Positions 1-9,961 of a stretch of DNA of 32,941 bases are shown here, in pieces. A model generated the notes under the pieces. It was not told the origin of the DNA and searched no databases. It worked only from the letters and a program-made list of their open reading frames with translations. A program made the position numbers and the translations under genes. Position 1 is the first letter of the stretch. The number at the start of each line of letters is the position of its first letter. The stretch lies in the sequence record DRR723986_9091; one strand, given 5' to 3'.

Positions 1-28
1 TTTCAGGGGTTTCTGGCGTATCGCTCAC
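1..28 (-). CDS. 5' end of a gene running off the window (possibly DNA gyrase subunit A)
   Basis: GTG at 28 reads MSDTPETPE, resembling Rhodobacteraceae GyrA N-termini; divergent from usg. Only 9 codons are visible. Confidence 0.3.
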
Positions 29-221
29 GTATGCAGCCCGTTCTTTGTGCAGGGTCTATATATTGTGGATGTACCATATCAGACTGGGCATATGGGGTGC
101 AAGCCAGCAGGTGAAACTGGTGTCATTTACCGTTCATAAATCAGTAACACTTTGTTTTTGTGCATCATTAACCAATTTTGTGGTAGCCTAAAGAGACCGA
201 ACCAGAAACTGGAGGTCAATA

Positions 222-491
222 ATGGAGCAGAACGAAACAGAACTGATGCTCAAAGGCTACGGTCTGACCACGGCCGAATTCTTCTATCACATGCCGGACT
301 ATATCCACGTCCTAAACACATTTGTCTGGCAAGAATATGATCTGGCACCAGATCATCGACGGTTGTTCGATTTCATCGAATTCTGGCAGCGAGAGATCGA
401 CGGGCCGCTACATTCCGTTCGTTTCACACATCGCAAGATGATCGGGCCCGGCGAATGGCAAAACATGGTTGGTGAATTCAAGGTGCATTAG
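222..491 (+). CDS. usg: Usg family protein
   Basis: GYGLTTAEFFYHMPD...FVWQEYDLAPD...FWQREIDGPLHSV matches alphaproteobacterial Usg; GGAGG RBS upstream. Confidence 0.85.
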   Translation: MEQNETELMLKGYGLTTAEFFYHMPDYIHVLNTFVWQEYDLAPDHRRLFDFIEFWQREIDGPLHSVRFTHRKMIGPGEWQNMVGEFKVH

Positions 492-494
492 CCG

Positions 495-1448
495 TCAGGC
501 TGAACAGCTCGCCCCGCCTAAGACACAAAACTTTGCACAATGGGGGTGGTTCAACTGAACATCTTGCTCGGCGGCTTCCAACGTGTTCCCCATTTCGAAC
601 TCGGGAGAGTAGGGAAGAAGCGTGCAGGCCAGAACTGCTGGCGTCTCAGCGCCCTTGCGCTTCACAACCATGCGGGAACTGGCACACATGATGGCATTGG
701 GGGATTTGTTGAGAATCCCCCAGCAGGCCGTCGTGATTTCAGGCACCTCTACGGTTTCATCCATTTCGGGGAACAGGACGGTCTGGCCCGGATTGAAGGC
801 GTCGATGTCAAAGCCGTACTGCTCAAAGAACGCGGCGTATCCGGCACGGCCGTCGGCTTCGCTATCACTCCAGAGGGTGCGGCCCGCAACGGCCATCTTG
901 ATCCCATTGTCCCGCAACCAGATCATCCCCTGCAGCGTCTTCTCAAAACTTCCTGTACCACGTTCTTCGTCGTGCAGGTCGGCGCGAAAATGATCGACAG
1001 AGATGCGCAGCGTGAGCTTGTCGCCGAAATCGGCTTTCAAGCCAAGCAACCCTTCGCGCATGGATCTACGCATCATCGGCAGCATCGCGTTGGTTAGGAT
1101 CAAGACCTCGTAACCACGCTCTAACGACGCACGCGCCATGGCGATCATCTGCGGGTTCATGAACGGTTCACCGCCAGTAAAGGCGATTTCACGCACCTTC
1201 CAGTCGCGTTCGGTAAGCTGATCGAGATAGGTGCGTACCTCATCTGCAGTAATGTAAACCAGCGCATCATTTGTTGGGCTGCTTTCAATATAGCAGTTGA
1301 GGCATTCGATGTTGCACAGGGTTCCGGTGTTGAACCAAAGCGTTTCGGGATGGGACAATGCGACCGATGCTCGGGTCTGTCCACCCGCAGTCACAAAACG
1401 GTCGCGGAACTTTCCGACGTTGGCTGTTGATGGACCTAGATCTTTCAT
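495..1448 (-). CDS. Radical SAM protein
   Basis: CxxxCxxC motif (CNIECLNC), FTGGEP motif, C-terminal HPHCAKFCVLGGASCS. Confidence 0.9.
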   Translation of the reverse strand: MKDLGPSTANVGKFRDRFVTAGGQTRASVALSHPETLWFNTGTLCNIECLNCYIESSPTNDALVYITADEVRTYLDQLTERDWKVREIAFTGGEPFMNPQMIAMARASLERGYEVLILTNAMLPMMRRSMREGLLGLKADFGDKLTLRISVDHFRADLHDEERGTGSFEKTLQGMIWLRDNGIKMAVAGRTLWSDSEADGRAGYAAFFEQYGFDIDAFNPGQTVLFPEMDETVEVPEITTACWGILNKSPNAIMCASSRMVVKRKGAETPAVLACTLLPYSPEFEMGNTLEAAEQDVQLNHPHCAKFCVLGGASCSA

Positions 1449-1604
1449 TGTCGCATTCCGGCTTGGTAATTCCGGTTTGATCTAGCCTATTCTGGGAGAG
1501 AAGTTAAAGTCGTCACAAAAGGTTTGACGGAGTTGTGATGAAGTCGTGGTCAAAGACTGCGATGTTCAGTCTGCTCTCGTTGGACACTCTACAAAGGACA
1601 CAGA

Positions 1605-3071
1605 ATGGTATCGCGTCTCATTCCAGTCGATCCCTTTGACCTGGTGATTTTTGGCGGCACCGGGGATTTGGCACGTCGTAAAATCCTGCCGGCGTTGTTC
1701 CGGCGATTCTGCGCCGGGCAAATGTCTGCGGGTACGCAGATCATTGGCGCTGCACGAAGTGCACTGGACGCAGCGTCCTACCGTGCTTTTGTGACGGATG
1801 CGTTGAACGAGTTTGCCCCCAATCGTGCGTGCGAAGACGGAACGCTGAGCGGGTTTCTCGCGATCATTGATTACGTTGCAATTGATGCAACGGGCAAAGA
1901 CGGGTGGGAAACGCTGGTTGAACGTGTGCAAGGCGACCGCGTCCGTGCCTTTTATTTCTCTGTGGGGCCAAACCTGTTCGCGCCCCTTGCTGAGCGTATC
2001 AACAGCTATGGTCTTTCGACGGAAACCTCACGGATCGTCGTCGAAAAGCCGTTCGGGCATGATCTGACCAGCGCGCGGGCACTGAACGCGACCTTGGCGG
2101 ATAATTTTGACGAAAGTCAGATTTATCGGATTGATCACTATCTGGGCAAGGAAACAGTTCAGAATCTGATGGCGATCCGGTTCGGGAATATGTTGTTCGA
2201 ACCGCTCTGGAACAGCCAGTATGTCGACCACATTCAAATTACGGTCGCTGAAAGCGTCGGTGTTGGTGGGCGCGGTGGCTACTATGATCGCGCTGGTGCG
2301 ATGCGCGATATGATGCAGAACCACCTGATGCAGCTGTTGTGTTTGATCGCGATGGAACCACCAGCCAAGTTTGACCCCGATGCGGTGCGGGATGAAAAGC
2401 TGAAAGTTATCAGGGCATTGGACCCCGTCCAGCCGCATCATATCGTTCGAGGGCAATACAACGCCGAGCATGAAGATGCAGATGCGCACCCCAGTTATCG
2501 CGAAGCTGTCGAGGATCCGCGCTCGACAACGGAAAGTTACATTGCGCTTAAGGCCCATATCAGCAATTGGCGTTGGGCGAATACGCCCTTTTATCTGCGG
2601 ACAGGTAAGCGGTTGGTGGCACGGTCTTCGGTCATCAACGTCATGTTCAAAGACGCGCCTCATGCTATTTTTGGACAAGAAGCCGGGCGTCATGCCAATG
2701 TTTTGTCCATTCGGTTGCAGCCAAACGAAGGCATCACGCTTAAGGTGACGATAAAAGAACCGGGACCGGGAGGGATGCGATTGTTGGATGTTCCCTTGGA
2801 TATGAGCTTTGCCGAGGCGCTTGGTGCAGAAGGTGGCGATCCGCCGGATGCCTATGAGCGGCTCATCGTGGACGTGATCCGCGGCAATCAAACCTTGTTT
2901 ATGCGCGGTGATGAGGTTGAGGCCGCCTGGGGATGGACAGATCCCATTATAGCCGGGTGGCAAGCGAGAGGGGACGTTCCCAAGCCCTATGAAAGTGGCA
3001 GTACCGGCCCAGGGGATGCCGAGTTGTTGATGAAACGAGATGGGCGCAAGTGGCAGGGGATTAAACCATGA
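1605..3071 (+). CDS. zwf: Glucose-6-phosphate 1-dehydrogenase
   Basis: GGTGDLA NADP motif, EKPFG, RIDHYLGKE active-site motif. Confidence 0.97.
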   Translation: MVSRLIPVDPFDLVIFGGTGDLARRKILPALFRRFCAGQMSAGTQIIGAARSALDAASYRAFVTDALNEFAPNRACEDGTLSGFLAIIDYVAIDATGKDGWETLVERVQGDRVRAFYFSVGPNLFAPLAERINSYGLSTETSRIVVEKPFGHDLTSARALNATLADNFDESQIYRIDHYLGKETVQNLMAIRFGNMLFEPLWNSQYVDHIQITVAESVGVGGRGGYYDRAGAMRDMMQNHLMQLLCLIAMEPPAKFDPDAVRDEKLKVIRALDPVQPHHIVRGQYNAEHEDADAHPSYREAVEDPRSTTESYIALKAHISNWRWANTPFYLRTGKRLVARSSVINVMFKDAPHAIFGQEAGRHANVLSIRLQPNEGITLKVTIKEPGPGGMRLLDVPLDMSFAEALGAEGGDPPDAYERLIVDVIRGNQTLFMRGDEVEAAWGWTDPIIAGWQARGDVPKPYESGSTGPGDAELLMKRDGRKWQGIKP

Positions 3072-3730
3072 ACTTTCTGGAATATTCAGATCGCGACATG
3101 CTGGCCATTGATGTGGCCAACAATATTGCGGGTGATTTGAAGAGCGCACTATTGCACCACGAAACGGTCTCGATGGCCGTTCCTGGGGGAACCACGCCAG
3201 GGCCCATTTTTGATAACCTTTGTGCGGCTTTGCTGGATTGGGATCGGGTGCATGTGCTGCCAACAGACGAACGGTGTGTCCCCGAGACAGATGCGCGTTC
3301 GAATGGACGAATGATCATGGATCGGCTGTTTGTCGGTAAGGCTGCAGAGGCAACGTTTTTGCCCTTGTATGACCCGTCGAACGAACAGCCAGAAGACCCC
3401 GCGAAGAGGTTAGAGCGTGAACTGCCTTTGTCGGTGCTGTTGCTTGGGATGGGGGCCGATATGCATACTGCATCTCTGTTTCCGGGCATGGACAACTTGT
3501 CGACGGCCTTATCCGCAAACGCCCCTGTGTTGGTTCTGGCACAGCCTGCTTCACAGCCAGAAGACCGGATATCCCTATCTGCACCGGTCTTGAACGGAGC
3601 TCTTTCTAAACATCTTGTTGTTTTTGGGACAGAAAAACGTGATGCATTTGAGCGCGCGCTGACCTTGCCCCCAGAGGATGCGCCGATTACAGCAGTGCTG
3701 GATAGTATGACCGTACATTGGGCGGAGTAG
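3068..3730 (+). CDS. pgl: 6-phosphogluconolactonase
   Basis: PGGTTP, DERCVP, LLGMGADMHTASLFP motifs; ATGA overlap with zwf. Confidence 0.95.
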   Translation: MNFLEYSDRDMLAIDVANNIAGDLKSALLHHETVSMAVPGGTTPGPIFDNLCAALLDWDRVHVLPTDERCVPETDARSNGRMIMDRLFVGKAAEATFLPLYDPSNEQPEDPAKRLERELPLSVLLLGMGADMHTASLFPGMDNLSTALSANAPVLVLAQPASQPEDRISLSAPVLNGALSKHLVVFGTEKRDAFERALTLPPEDAPITAVLDSMTVHWAE

Positions 3731-3738
3731 ATTGATTT

Positions 3739-5349
3739 ATGTTTGAACGACTGAGGGCCCTTCATTCTGAGGTGAAGGACAGATCTATTCGTGATTTGTT
3801 TCAACACGATGCGTCTCGGGCAGGGCAATTCTCGATCGACATAGACGATTTGCGATTTGATTACTCCAAGACGCAACTGGACGAAGACATCCTGCAAGAA
3901 TTCGGGATCCTGTTCGAGGCGCGCAAGCTTGAGGCGTTGCGAGAAGACCTGTTCTCTGGCGTTGCGATTAACGAAACTGAGGGGCGGGCAGCGTTGCACA
4001 CTGCCTTGCGCAATTTAGACGGTGATCCGGTCTATTGTGACGGTCAGGATGTGATGCCAGAGGTTTTGGCGACACTTGAACGGATGCGGGCCTTTGCAAC
4101 AGCCGTGCGCAGCGGTGATATCGCGGGTCCCGGTGGGCGCTTTTTGGATGTGGTCAATATTGGGATTGGCGGATCTGATCTCGGGCCGGCCATGGCGGCT
4201 TTGGCACTGACACCGTATCAAGATGGCCCACGGTGCCATTTTGTTTCAAATATAGATGGCGCGCATATAACCGACACGCTGCAACGGTTAGACCCGCGTC
4301 GCACGCTTGTCATTGTGGCTTCAAAAAGCTTCACAACGGTCGAAGCGATCATGAATGCGAAAGCCGCACGCGATTGGGTTTTTGCAGGTGGCGGAGATCC
4401 GACAGCACAATTTGTGGCCCTGTCGACAGCCGTGGATAAGACCGAGGAATTTGGTATCCCGAGCGAACGCGTGTTCGGGTTTTCGGATTGGGTTGGTGGC
4501 CGGTATTCCATTTGGGGGCCAATCGGTTTGTCCTTGATGATCGGTGTCGGCTGCGACGATTTTGATCGTTTTCTGTTGGGCGGGCAGGCAATGGATCGCC
4601 ATTTCCGCACCACCCATTGGAAAGACAACATGCCAGTTATGCTGGCCCTGACAGGGTTGTGGCACCACCAAATTTGCGGATATCCGACGCGGGCGGTAAC
4701 GCCTTATGAGCAAAGACTTTCACGGCTGCCAGCCTACCTGCAGCAACTCGAAATGGAATCCAACGGCAAATCTATTGCCATGGATGGGTCAGATTTGACC
4801 GAACCATCCGGGCCGATTGTGTGGGGGGAACCCGGGACCAATGCTCAACATGCGTTTTTCCAACTTATTCATCAGGGAACCATTGTGGTGCCATGTGAAT
4901 TTCTGGTTGGCGCGCTTGGGCACGAAAGCGATCTGGAAGCCCACCATCAGCTGCTTGTCGCCAATTGCCTCGCGCAATCAGAGGCTTTGATGTGCGGGCG
5001 ATCCGCTGATGAAACACGTGCTTTGCTGCAAAAATCAGGCCTCTCTCCAGAAGAACTGGACCGGCAGGTGCGCCACCGTGTGTTTGAGGGGAACCGGCCG
5101 TCGACAACGCTGATCTATCCAAAGCTGACACCCTTTGTTTTGGGACAGATCATTGCATTGTATGAACATCGGGTGTTCGTCGAAGGGGTGGTTTTGGGCA
5201 TCAACTCCTATGATCAATGGGGTGTTGAGCTTGGTAAAACCATGGCAACGTCGCTTGTGCCAGTTGTTGCAGGCGACAAACCTGCAACCGACAAGGACGG
5301 GTCGACCGCTGCTCTTGTTGATTATGTGTTAAAGCACCGAAATACTTAG
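3739..5349 (+). CDS. pgi: Glucose-6-phosphate isomerase
   Basis: NIGIGGSDLGP, VGGRYSIW, QQLEMESNGK, DQWGVELGK motifs. Confidence 0.97.
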   Translation: MFERLRALHSEVKDRSIRDLFQHDASRAGQFSIDIDDLRFDYSKTQLDEDILQEFGILFEARKLEALREDLFSGVAINETEGRAALHTALRNLDGDPVYCDGQDVMPEVLATLERMRAFATAVRSGDIAGPGGRFLDVVNIGIGGSDLGPAMAALALTPYQDGPRCHFVSNIDGAHITDTLQRLDPRRTLVIVASKSFTTVEAIMNAKAARDWVFAGGGDPTAQFVALSTAVDKTEEFGIPSERVFGFSDWVGGRYSIWGPIGLSLMIGVGCDDFDRFLLGGQAMDRHFRTTHWKDNMPVMLALTGLWHHQICGYPTRAVTPYEQRLSRLPAYLQQLEMESNGKSIAMDGSDLTEPSGPIVWGEPGTNAQHAFFQLIHQGTIVVPCEFLVGALGHESDLEAHHQLLVANCLAQSEALMCGRSADETRALLQKSGLSPEELDRQVRHRVFEGNRPSTTLIYPKLTPFVLGQIIALYEHRVFVEGVVLGINSYDQWGVELGKTMATSLVPVVAGDKPATDKDGSTAALVDYVLKHRNT

Positions 5350-5819
5350 GGTGCTTTGGCACCATCACGCGATTCAAACACAGCACATAGATCATCAGGT
5401 AAGGGATATTTCCCTGAGCCATCAGGTAACAGCAGAACCATGACAGCCGTTAGCGTTGCGCGTAAATCACCTGCCCATAGCTGTTGCTCCATCACAAAAG
5501 AGCTAGAGCGGAATTCTGTGACACGCGCTGTGACGATATAATCCTCGTCTGCCACCATTTCCCGAACATAGTGAATGTTTGCATTCCGAATAACCAATCT
5601 TGGCGGCAAGTCATCTGGAAAGTATGACGCGCAGAGATGATCGAAATAGCTCACACGAAGGGTTTCGAACCATTCAACGTATGCTTTGTTATTCACGTGC
5701 TGCAACGGATCAAGTTCCGCAAACCGCACGCGGTCCCCAAGGGCCAAGGGCTGCGGGACAGGTAAGCCGTTTACGCGCTGTTCTTCGGGGCTCAGCGGGG
5801 TGTGGTAACGCAGGGTCAT
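5346..5819 (-). CDS. Acyl-CoA thioesterase (4HBT/hot-dog fold)
   Basis: RVRFAELDPLQHVNNKAY..WFE motif. Confidence 0.85.
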   Translation of the reverse strand: MTLRYHTPLSPEEQRVNGLPVPQPLALGDRVRFAELDPLQHVNNKAYVEWFETLRVSYFDHLCASYFPDDLPPRLVIRNANIHYVREMVADEDYIVTARVTEFRSSSFVMEQQLWAGDLRATLTAVMVLLLPDGSGKYPLPDDLCAVFESRDGAKAP

Positions 5820-6022
5820 AGGGGAAACTGCTATCTATCAATGCCGGGCTGGGCAAGCAGGTTATTGTAATGTCTTCATTTCATTGGCAGGCTCGGACCG
5901 AGAGGGGAGCCCACGACCCCGGTTGTTTGGTTAGAAATGTCCAAATCGGATGTCGCAGGGCTTAAAGTATTGAACTGGCAGGTTAATTGTAATCTGGCAC
6001 TATTTTTGGGGGAGGATCTGTC

Positions 6023-7642
6023 ATGCTTGGACAGATGATGACACAGCCTTTGCTGATTTCGTCGCTTATTGATCACGCCGCGCGGTATCACGGAGAAACA
6101 GAAATCTGGTCCGTAAATACGACGGGCGGGGTGGAACAAACGTCGTGGGGGCAGGTCGCCTCCAATGCACGTAAGCTGGGCTCGGCGTTGACCAAACTTG
6201 GGCTGGACCCGCAGGCTCGGGTGGCAACCATCGCGTGGAACAATCGCCGTCACCTTGAAATCTATTATGGCGTATCCGGGGCTGGTTTTGTTTGCCATAC
6301 AATCAACCCGCGTCTGTTTCCCGAACAGTTGGTGTATATCATCAACCATGCTGAGGATCAGGTTCTGTTTCTGGACGCGACATTCTTGCCGATTGCCGTG
6401 AACCTGCGGGATCAGCTTTCAGATCTGAAACATGTTGTGCTGATGGGGCCGCGCGACGATGCGGCTGCGGAACAATTGCCCGGATTGCAGTTTTATGACG
6501 AGCTGATCGAAACGGGTGATGCTGATTTTGCCTGGCCTGACCTTGATGAACACACCGCATCCAGCCTGTGTTATACATCGGGCACCACTGGGCATCCCAA
6601 GGGTGTCCTCTATTCTCACCGCTCAACTTTGTTGCATGCATTTGCGTCCAACACCTTGGATTGCGTCGGGTATTCGGCAACGGACGTGGTGATGCCGGTT
6701 GTTCCGATGTTCCATGTGAATGCGTGGGGCTCACCTTATGGATGTGCCATGTCTGGGTCCCGCATGGTGATGCCCGGCCCTGATCTGCATGGTGAGGCGC
6801 TGGTGAAGCTGATTGATGACCATGGCGTGACGCTTGCGATGGGCGTTCCGACGATCTGGCAGGGATTGTTGACATACGCAGCCAGTTCCGGTTCGAGGCT
6901 GAACAGCCTCAGTCGAACCGTGATCGGAGGATCTGCCTGTCCACCATCGATGATGGAAGAATTCCGGGAAACGTATGGTGTTGAAACCATTCACGCGTGG
7001 GGCATGTCTGAAATGAGCCCGCTGGGATCAACCAATATGCCCCTCGCTAAGCACGCGCTCCTGTCTCAGGAAGATCAAAACAAATTGCGTGAAAACCAAG
7101 GGCGCCCCCCGTTCGGTGTAGAGCTGAAGATTGTCGATGATGAAGGGAATCAACTTCCTAACGACGGTGAAACGCAGGGTGATTTGATGGTCCGCGGCCA
7201 TTGGGTGTTGGATAGTTATTTCCGCAAACAGGATGAGGCGCTTTTGGACGATGGCTGGTTTGCAACCGGTGATGTTGCAACGTTGGATCCTGATGGGTTT
7301 ATGACGATTCGGGATCGATCCAAAGACATCATCAAATCGGGTGGCGAATGGATTAGCTCGGTTGAGCTGGAAAACATCGCTGTTGGCCATCCTTTACTTG
7401 CAGATGCTGCCGTTATTGGCGTCCCGCACCCGAAATGGGACGAAAGACCGCTGCTGGTTGCGGTCAAGGCCGAGGGTGCAGATCCCACACCTGCCGAATT
7501 GCTTTCGTTTTATGATGATAAAATTGCGAAATGGCAGATTCCAGATCAGGTGGTCTTCATTGAAACCTTGCCTCGCAATGCGACGGGCAAGGTCCTAAAG
7601 CGGACACTACGAGATCAGTTTGGCGACATTTTAATGGGATGA
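6023..7642 (+). CDS. dmdB: AMP-dependent acyl-CoA ligase, DmdB-like (3-methylmercaptopropionate-CoA ligase)
   Basis: [14 protein letters not shown]-binding motif, [18 protein letters not shown]; the N-terminus [24 protein letters not shown] and 539-aa length match recalled Ruegeria DmdB. Substrate assignment is by similarity only. Confidence 0.75.
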   Translation: MLGQMMTQPLLISSLIDHAARYHGETEIWSVNTTGGVEQTSWGQVASNARKLGSALTKLGLDPQARVATIAWNNRRHLEIYYGVSGAGFVCHTINPRLFPEQLVYIINHAEDQVLFLDATFLPIAVNLRDQLSDLKHVVLMGPRDDAAAEQLPGLQFYDELIETGDADFAWPDLDEHTASSLCYTSGTTGHPKGVLYSHRSTLLHAFASNTLDCVGYSATDVVMPVVPMFHVNAWGSPYGCAMSGSRMVMPGPDLHGEALVKLIDDHGVTLAMGVPTIWQGLLTYAASSGSRLNSLSRTVIGGSACPPSMMEEFRETYGVETIHAWGMSEMSPLGSTNMPLAKHALLSQEDQNKLRENQGRPPFGVELKIVDDEGNQLPNDGETQGDLMVRGHWVLDSYFRKQDEALLDDGWFATGDVATLDPDGFMTIRDRSKDIIKSGGEWISSVELENIAVGHPLLADAAVIGVPHPKWDERPLLVAVKAEGADPTPAELLSFYDDKIAKWQIPDQVVFIETLPRNATGKVLKRTLRDQFGDILMG

Positions 7643-7673
7643 TACCGGACAGGGTGTCCCATTTTAACAGTTT

Positions 7674-7710
7674 GGAAAGCGCGAATTCTGGTTGGGTTCG
7701 CGCTTTTCCA
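7674..7710 (+). terminator. Hairpin downstream of the CoA ligase, probable terminator
   Basis: AAAGCGCGAA (7676-7685) pairs with TTCGCGCTTT (7697-7706). Confidence 0.5.
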
Positions 7711-7791
7711 CGTTAGGGAGAGTGTGACGTGACACCCAGTGACGGGGATTTCGTACAGTTTGAGGCGGAGAATGTAATTATGACGGAGTTT

Positions 7792-7810
7792 TGGTAGGCC
7801 CGGCAGGACT
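7792..7810 (-). other. Prophage att core: duplicated 3' end of a tRNA gene
   Basis: Reverse complement AGTCCTGCCGGGCCTACCA = T-arm 3' half + acceptor strand + CCA; tRNA similarity stops upstream; 70 bp from the integrase stop codon. Confidence 0.75.
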
Positions 7811-7879
7811 GCCGATAGCAGCAATTTATCTTTTAAAATCAATCCGGGTGTCCCATGCTGGATCACCTCGTGGGACACC

Positions 7880-8977
7880 TTACCAATTCAGGTTGCCCAA
7901 TTTTGACACTCCCATTTCCGCTAATTTCAAGCGTTCAACACTTTCTGTGTAGATCTGGGATGTGCTGGCTTGTGCGTGGCCATGTATGGCCATGATCTCA
8001 TATTGGGTCGCCCCGTGTAGGGCTAGAAGGTGGCCAGCGGCCTTGCGTATCCCGTGCGATGATCGATCCGGTAAATCAGCTTCACGACACCAATCCTTGA
8101 ATTTGTTTCGCAACCCTTCGGCGCTTCGAAAGGGTTTTCCAAGATCAGTTAGAAGGTATGTGGAGCCAACTACTTTTTGAGATTGGATAGCGATCATAAG
8201 AGGTGGCAAAACCGGAATTTCAATCTGACGTGACCCCTTTTTCTGAGGGTTCCAGCTAAGCCAAGTTGTGCCGTTTATTCGTTTTTCGTGTTCTCGACCA
8301 AGCTGGTATGCATCACTGATCCGGCAGGCTGTAAACATAAACAGCGTTAAGGTCATGTGTGCCATTGTACCGGGTTGATGGTGTTTTCTGTATTTTTGTA
8401 GATCATCAAGAGACCATGGCGTTGCGCCGCCTTGGCTCTTGTAATTCACGGATATGCTCGCCGCTGGGTTGGTTTGACAGTGGCCACGTTCACAACCCCA
8501 CTTGTACATTGCCTTGAGCATCTTAAAGACGTTTTTCGCTTTTCCCGGCGTAGCCATTAAATCGTCGCGAAGTGCGACCAATTCCGCTGCGGGGATTTCC
8601 ATCGGTAGGCCAGCCCAAGAGCGTCCTTCGCTCTTTCCTGACGTGCTTTTTCGAGTGAGGATCAGAGGGCGGAAATTCTGTCGTTGTTTAAGTGTCAGGT
8701 GTGATGCCTGACCGCTGCTGACCATCCGCTCTATGTGTAACAGGTACTCGCTTACAAGCCATTCCACGGTGCCTTTGCTCGCTTGGAGTTGGATGTCTGA
8801 CGGGCTTTCAATTATTCCCATTCGCGCGGCTAGATAGATCTGATGGAACTCAGGATGTTCGGGCCCGACTGGCAGGGTAATTCGACGATTTTTATTACCA
8901 CGAACACGCACCCGATATCTGATGTTGCCAGATGCCATGGGTTCAATCAGTAGGCCATCATATCCCAGCTTAACCAT
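7880..8977 (-). CDS. int: Tyrosine recombinase / phage integrase
   Basis: Catalytic residues R (ACRISD), HxxR (SHGIRK), H (HGH), Y (QIYT); probable ATG at 8977 directly after the xis stop. Confidence 0.93.
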   Translation of the reverse strand: MVKLGYDGLLIEPMASGNIRYRVRVRGNKNRRITLPVGPEHPEFHQIYLAARMGIIESPSDIQLQASKGTVEWLVSEYLLHIERMVSSGQASHLTLKQRQNFRPLILTRKSTSGKSEGRSWAGLPMEIPAAELVALRDDLMATPGKAKNVFKMLKAMYKWGCERGHCQTNPAASISVNYKSQGGATPWSLDDLQKYRKHHQPGTMAHMTLTLFMFTACRISDAYQLGREHEKRINGTTWLSWNPQKKGSRQIEIPVLPPLMIAIQSQKVVGSTYLLTDLGKPFRSAEGLRNKFKDWCREADLPDRSSHGIRKAAGHLLALHGATQYEIMAIHGHAQASTSQIYTESVERLKLAEMGVSKLGNLNW

Positions 8978-8978
8978 C

Positions 8979-9182
8979 CTACCACCCATTCTCATTTTCT
9001 GATTTTGCGCCGGTATAAGGCAATTGATCCGCATAGGCGTCAAGATCGCGCTTGTCATACACGCGTTTCGATCCGATTTCCCGCTTGGGTAGGTCAAGAT
9101 TTCGCAATGTGCTTTCCGACACACCAATATATCGGGCCGCCGTCGGTGCCGGCATTAGTCTGGGTGGAAAATCGTGTGCCAT
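8979..9182 (-). CDS. Excisionase-like wHTH protein
   Basis: MAHDFPPRLMPAPTAARYIGVSESTLR...RVYDKRDLDAYAD; directly upstream of int; TGATG overlap with the preceding gene. Confidence 0.8.
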   Translation of the reverse strand: MAHDFPPRLMPAPTAARYIGVSESTLRNLDLPKREIGSKRVYDKRDLDAYADQLPYTGAKSENENGW

Positions 9183-9871
9183 CACGCTGCGATCCTTACC
9201 ATTGTGTGGGTGGTCCATTGGTGGGCGGCGGCGGTCATCATTCCGGAGAATGAACGGCTGCGCAGGCGCGCACGATCTGGGCCGGGGGGCATGCGGTGGA
9301 TTCTGTTCCAGCGCTTCCATTCTTCGGTGTCTCGTTTCGGCTCTGTCAGGCGGTTCGTTTCCACCAGCTGGGGCAGGGCGCGCAGATACCAGCCGGTTGA
9401 TTTGTAGGCAGGTTCGCCAAACCAAAACGGCTGCACTATCTGAGGCTTTGGCAGATCCTCGGGCATGCGATCTTTGGCGAGGTCGTTCATTTCCGGGTTC
9501 TCGATAGCCACGCGTTCAATGGGCGCATTCCAGCAAGCCGTGAAGACGTTAACACCCAGCTCAAATTCGGCGCGTAATTCGTCCAGGGTACGGCCTTTGG
9601 GTAGCTTCTTGGGTTGGGTCCATTTTCCGGGGCCGCTCATCCAGCGGCGACCTGATCGGCAAAGGCGAGTGCAGGGCGGGTGCATCACCACCAGCAAATC
9701 CCAGCCCCATTCCAAAATACCGTCGCGGATATCGCAAAGAATGTGCCGGTTTGATCCATCCTCGGCGGGTTCGATGTCGCAAGACCACACGTTATGCCCC
9801 AGTGCATCAAAAGCGCGACGGGCGATGCCTGATGTCTCGCAGCCGATGAGAATGCGCAGTGGGTATGTCAT
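9182..9871 (-). CDS. Short C5-cytosine DNA methyltransferase-like protein
   Basis: ILIGCETSG (motif I-like), WSCD, HPPC (catalytic PC), IENP (motif VI-like). Confidence 0.65.
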   Translation of the reverse strand: MTYPLRILIGCETSGIARRAFDALGHNVWSCDIEPAEDGSNRHILCDIRDGILEWGWDLLVVMHPPCTRLCRSGRRWMSGPGKWTQPKKLPKGRTLDELRAEFELGVNVFTACWNAPIERVAIENPEMNDLAKDRMPEDLPKPQIVQPFWFGEPAYKSTGWYLRALPQLVETNRLTEPKRDTEEWKRWNRIHRMPPGPDRARLRSRSFSGMMTAAAHQWTTHTMVRIAA

Positions 9872-9961
9872 GGTTCGGTCCTGTTGTCTGTTGCAGGCGG
9901 GGCGGTGAGGAGTGGTGTGCCCCGCCTGCGCCGCGCTGGGAGGAAAGCGCGGGGTTCTGGT

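Noticed and set aside
125-190. CtrA binding site upstream of usg
   Set aside because: Only a half site (TTAACC at 168-173) is present; there is no full TTAA-N7-TTAA.
2028-3999. Long minus-strand ORFs (411 aa and 312 aa) over zwf/pgl/pgi
   Set aside because: Antisense shadows of conserved housekeeping genes, with no motifs of their own.
7792-7870. Intact tRNA gene
   Set aside because: Only the last 19 nt are tRNA-like; there is no GGTTC T-arm start, anticodon arm or D-arm upstream.
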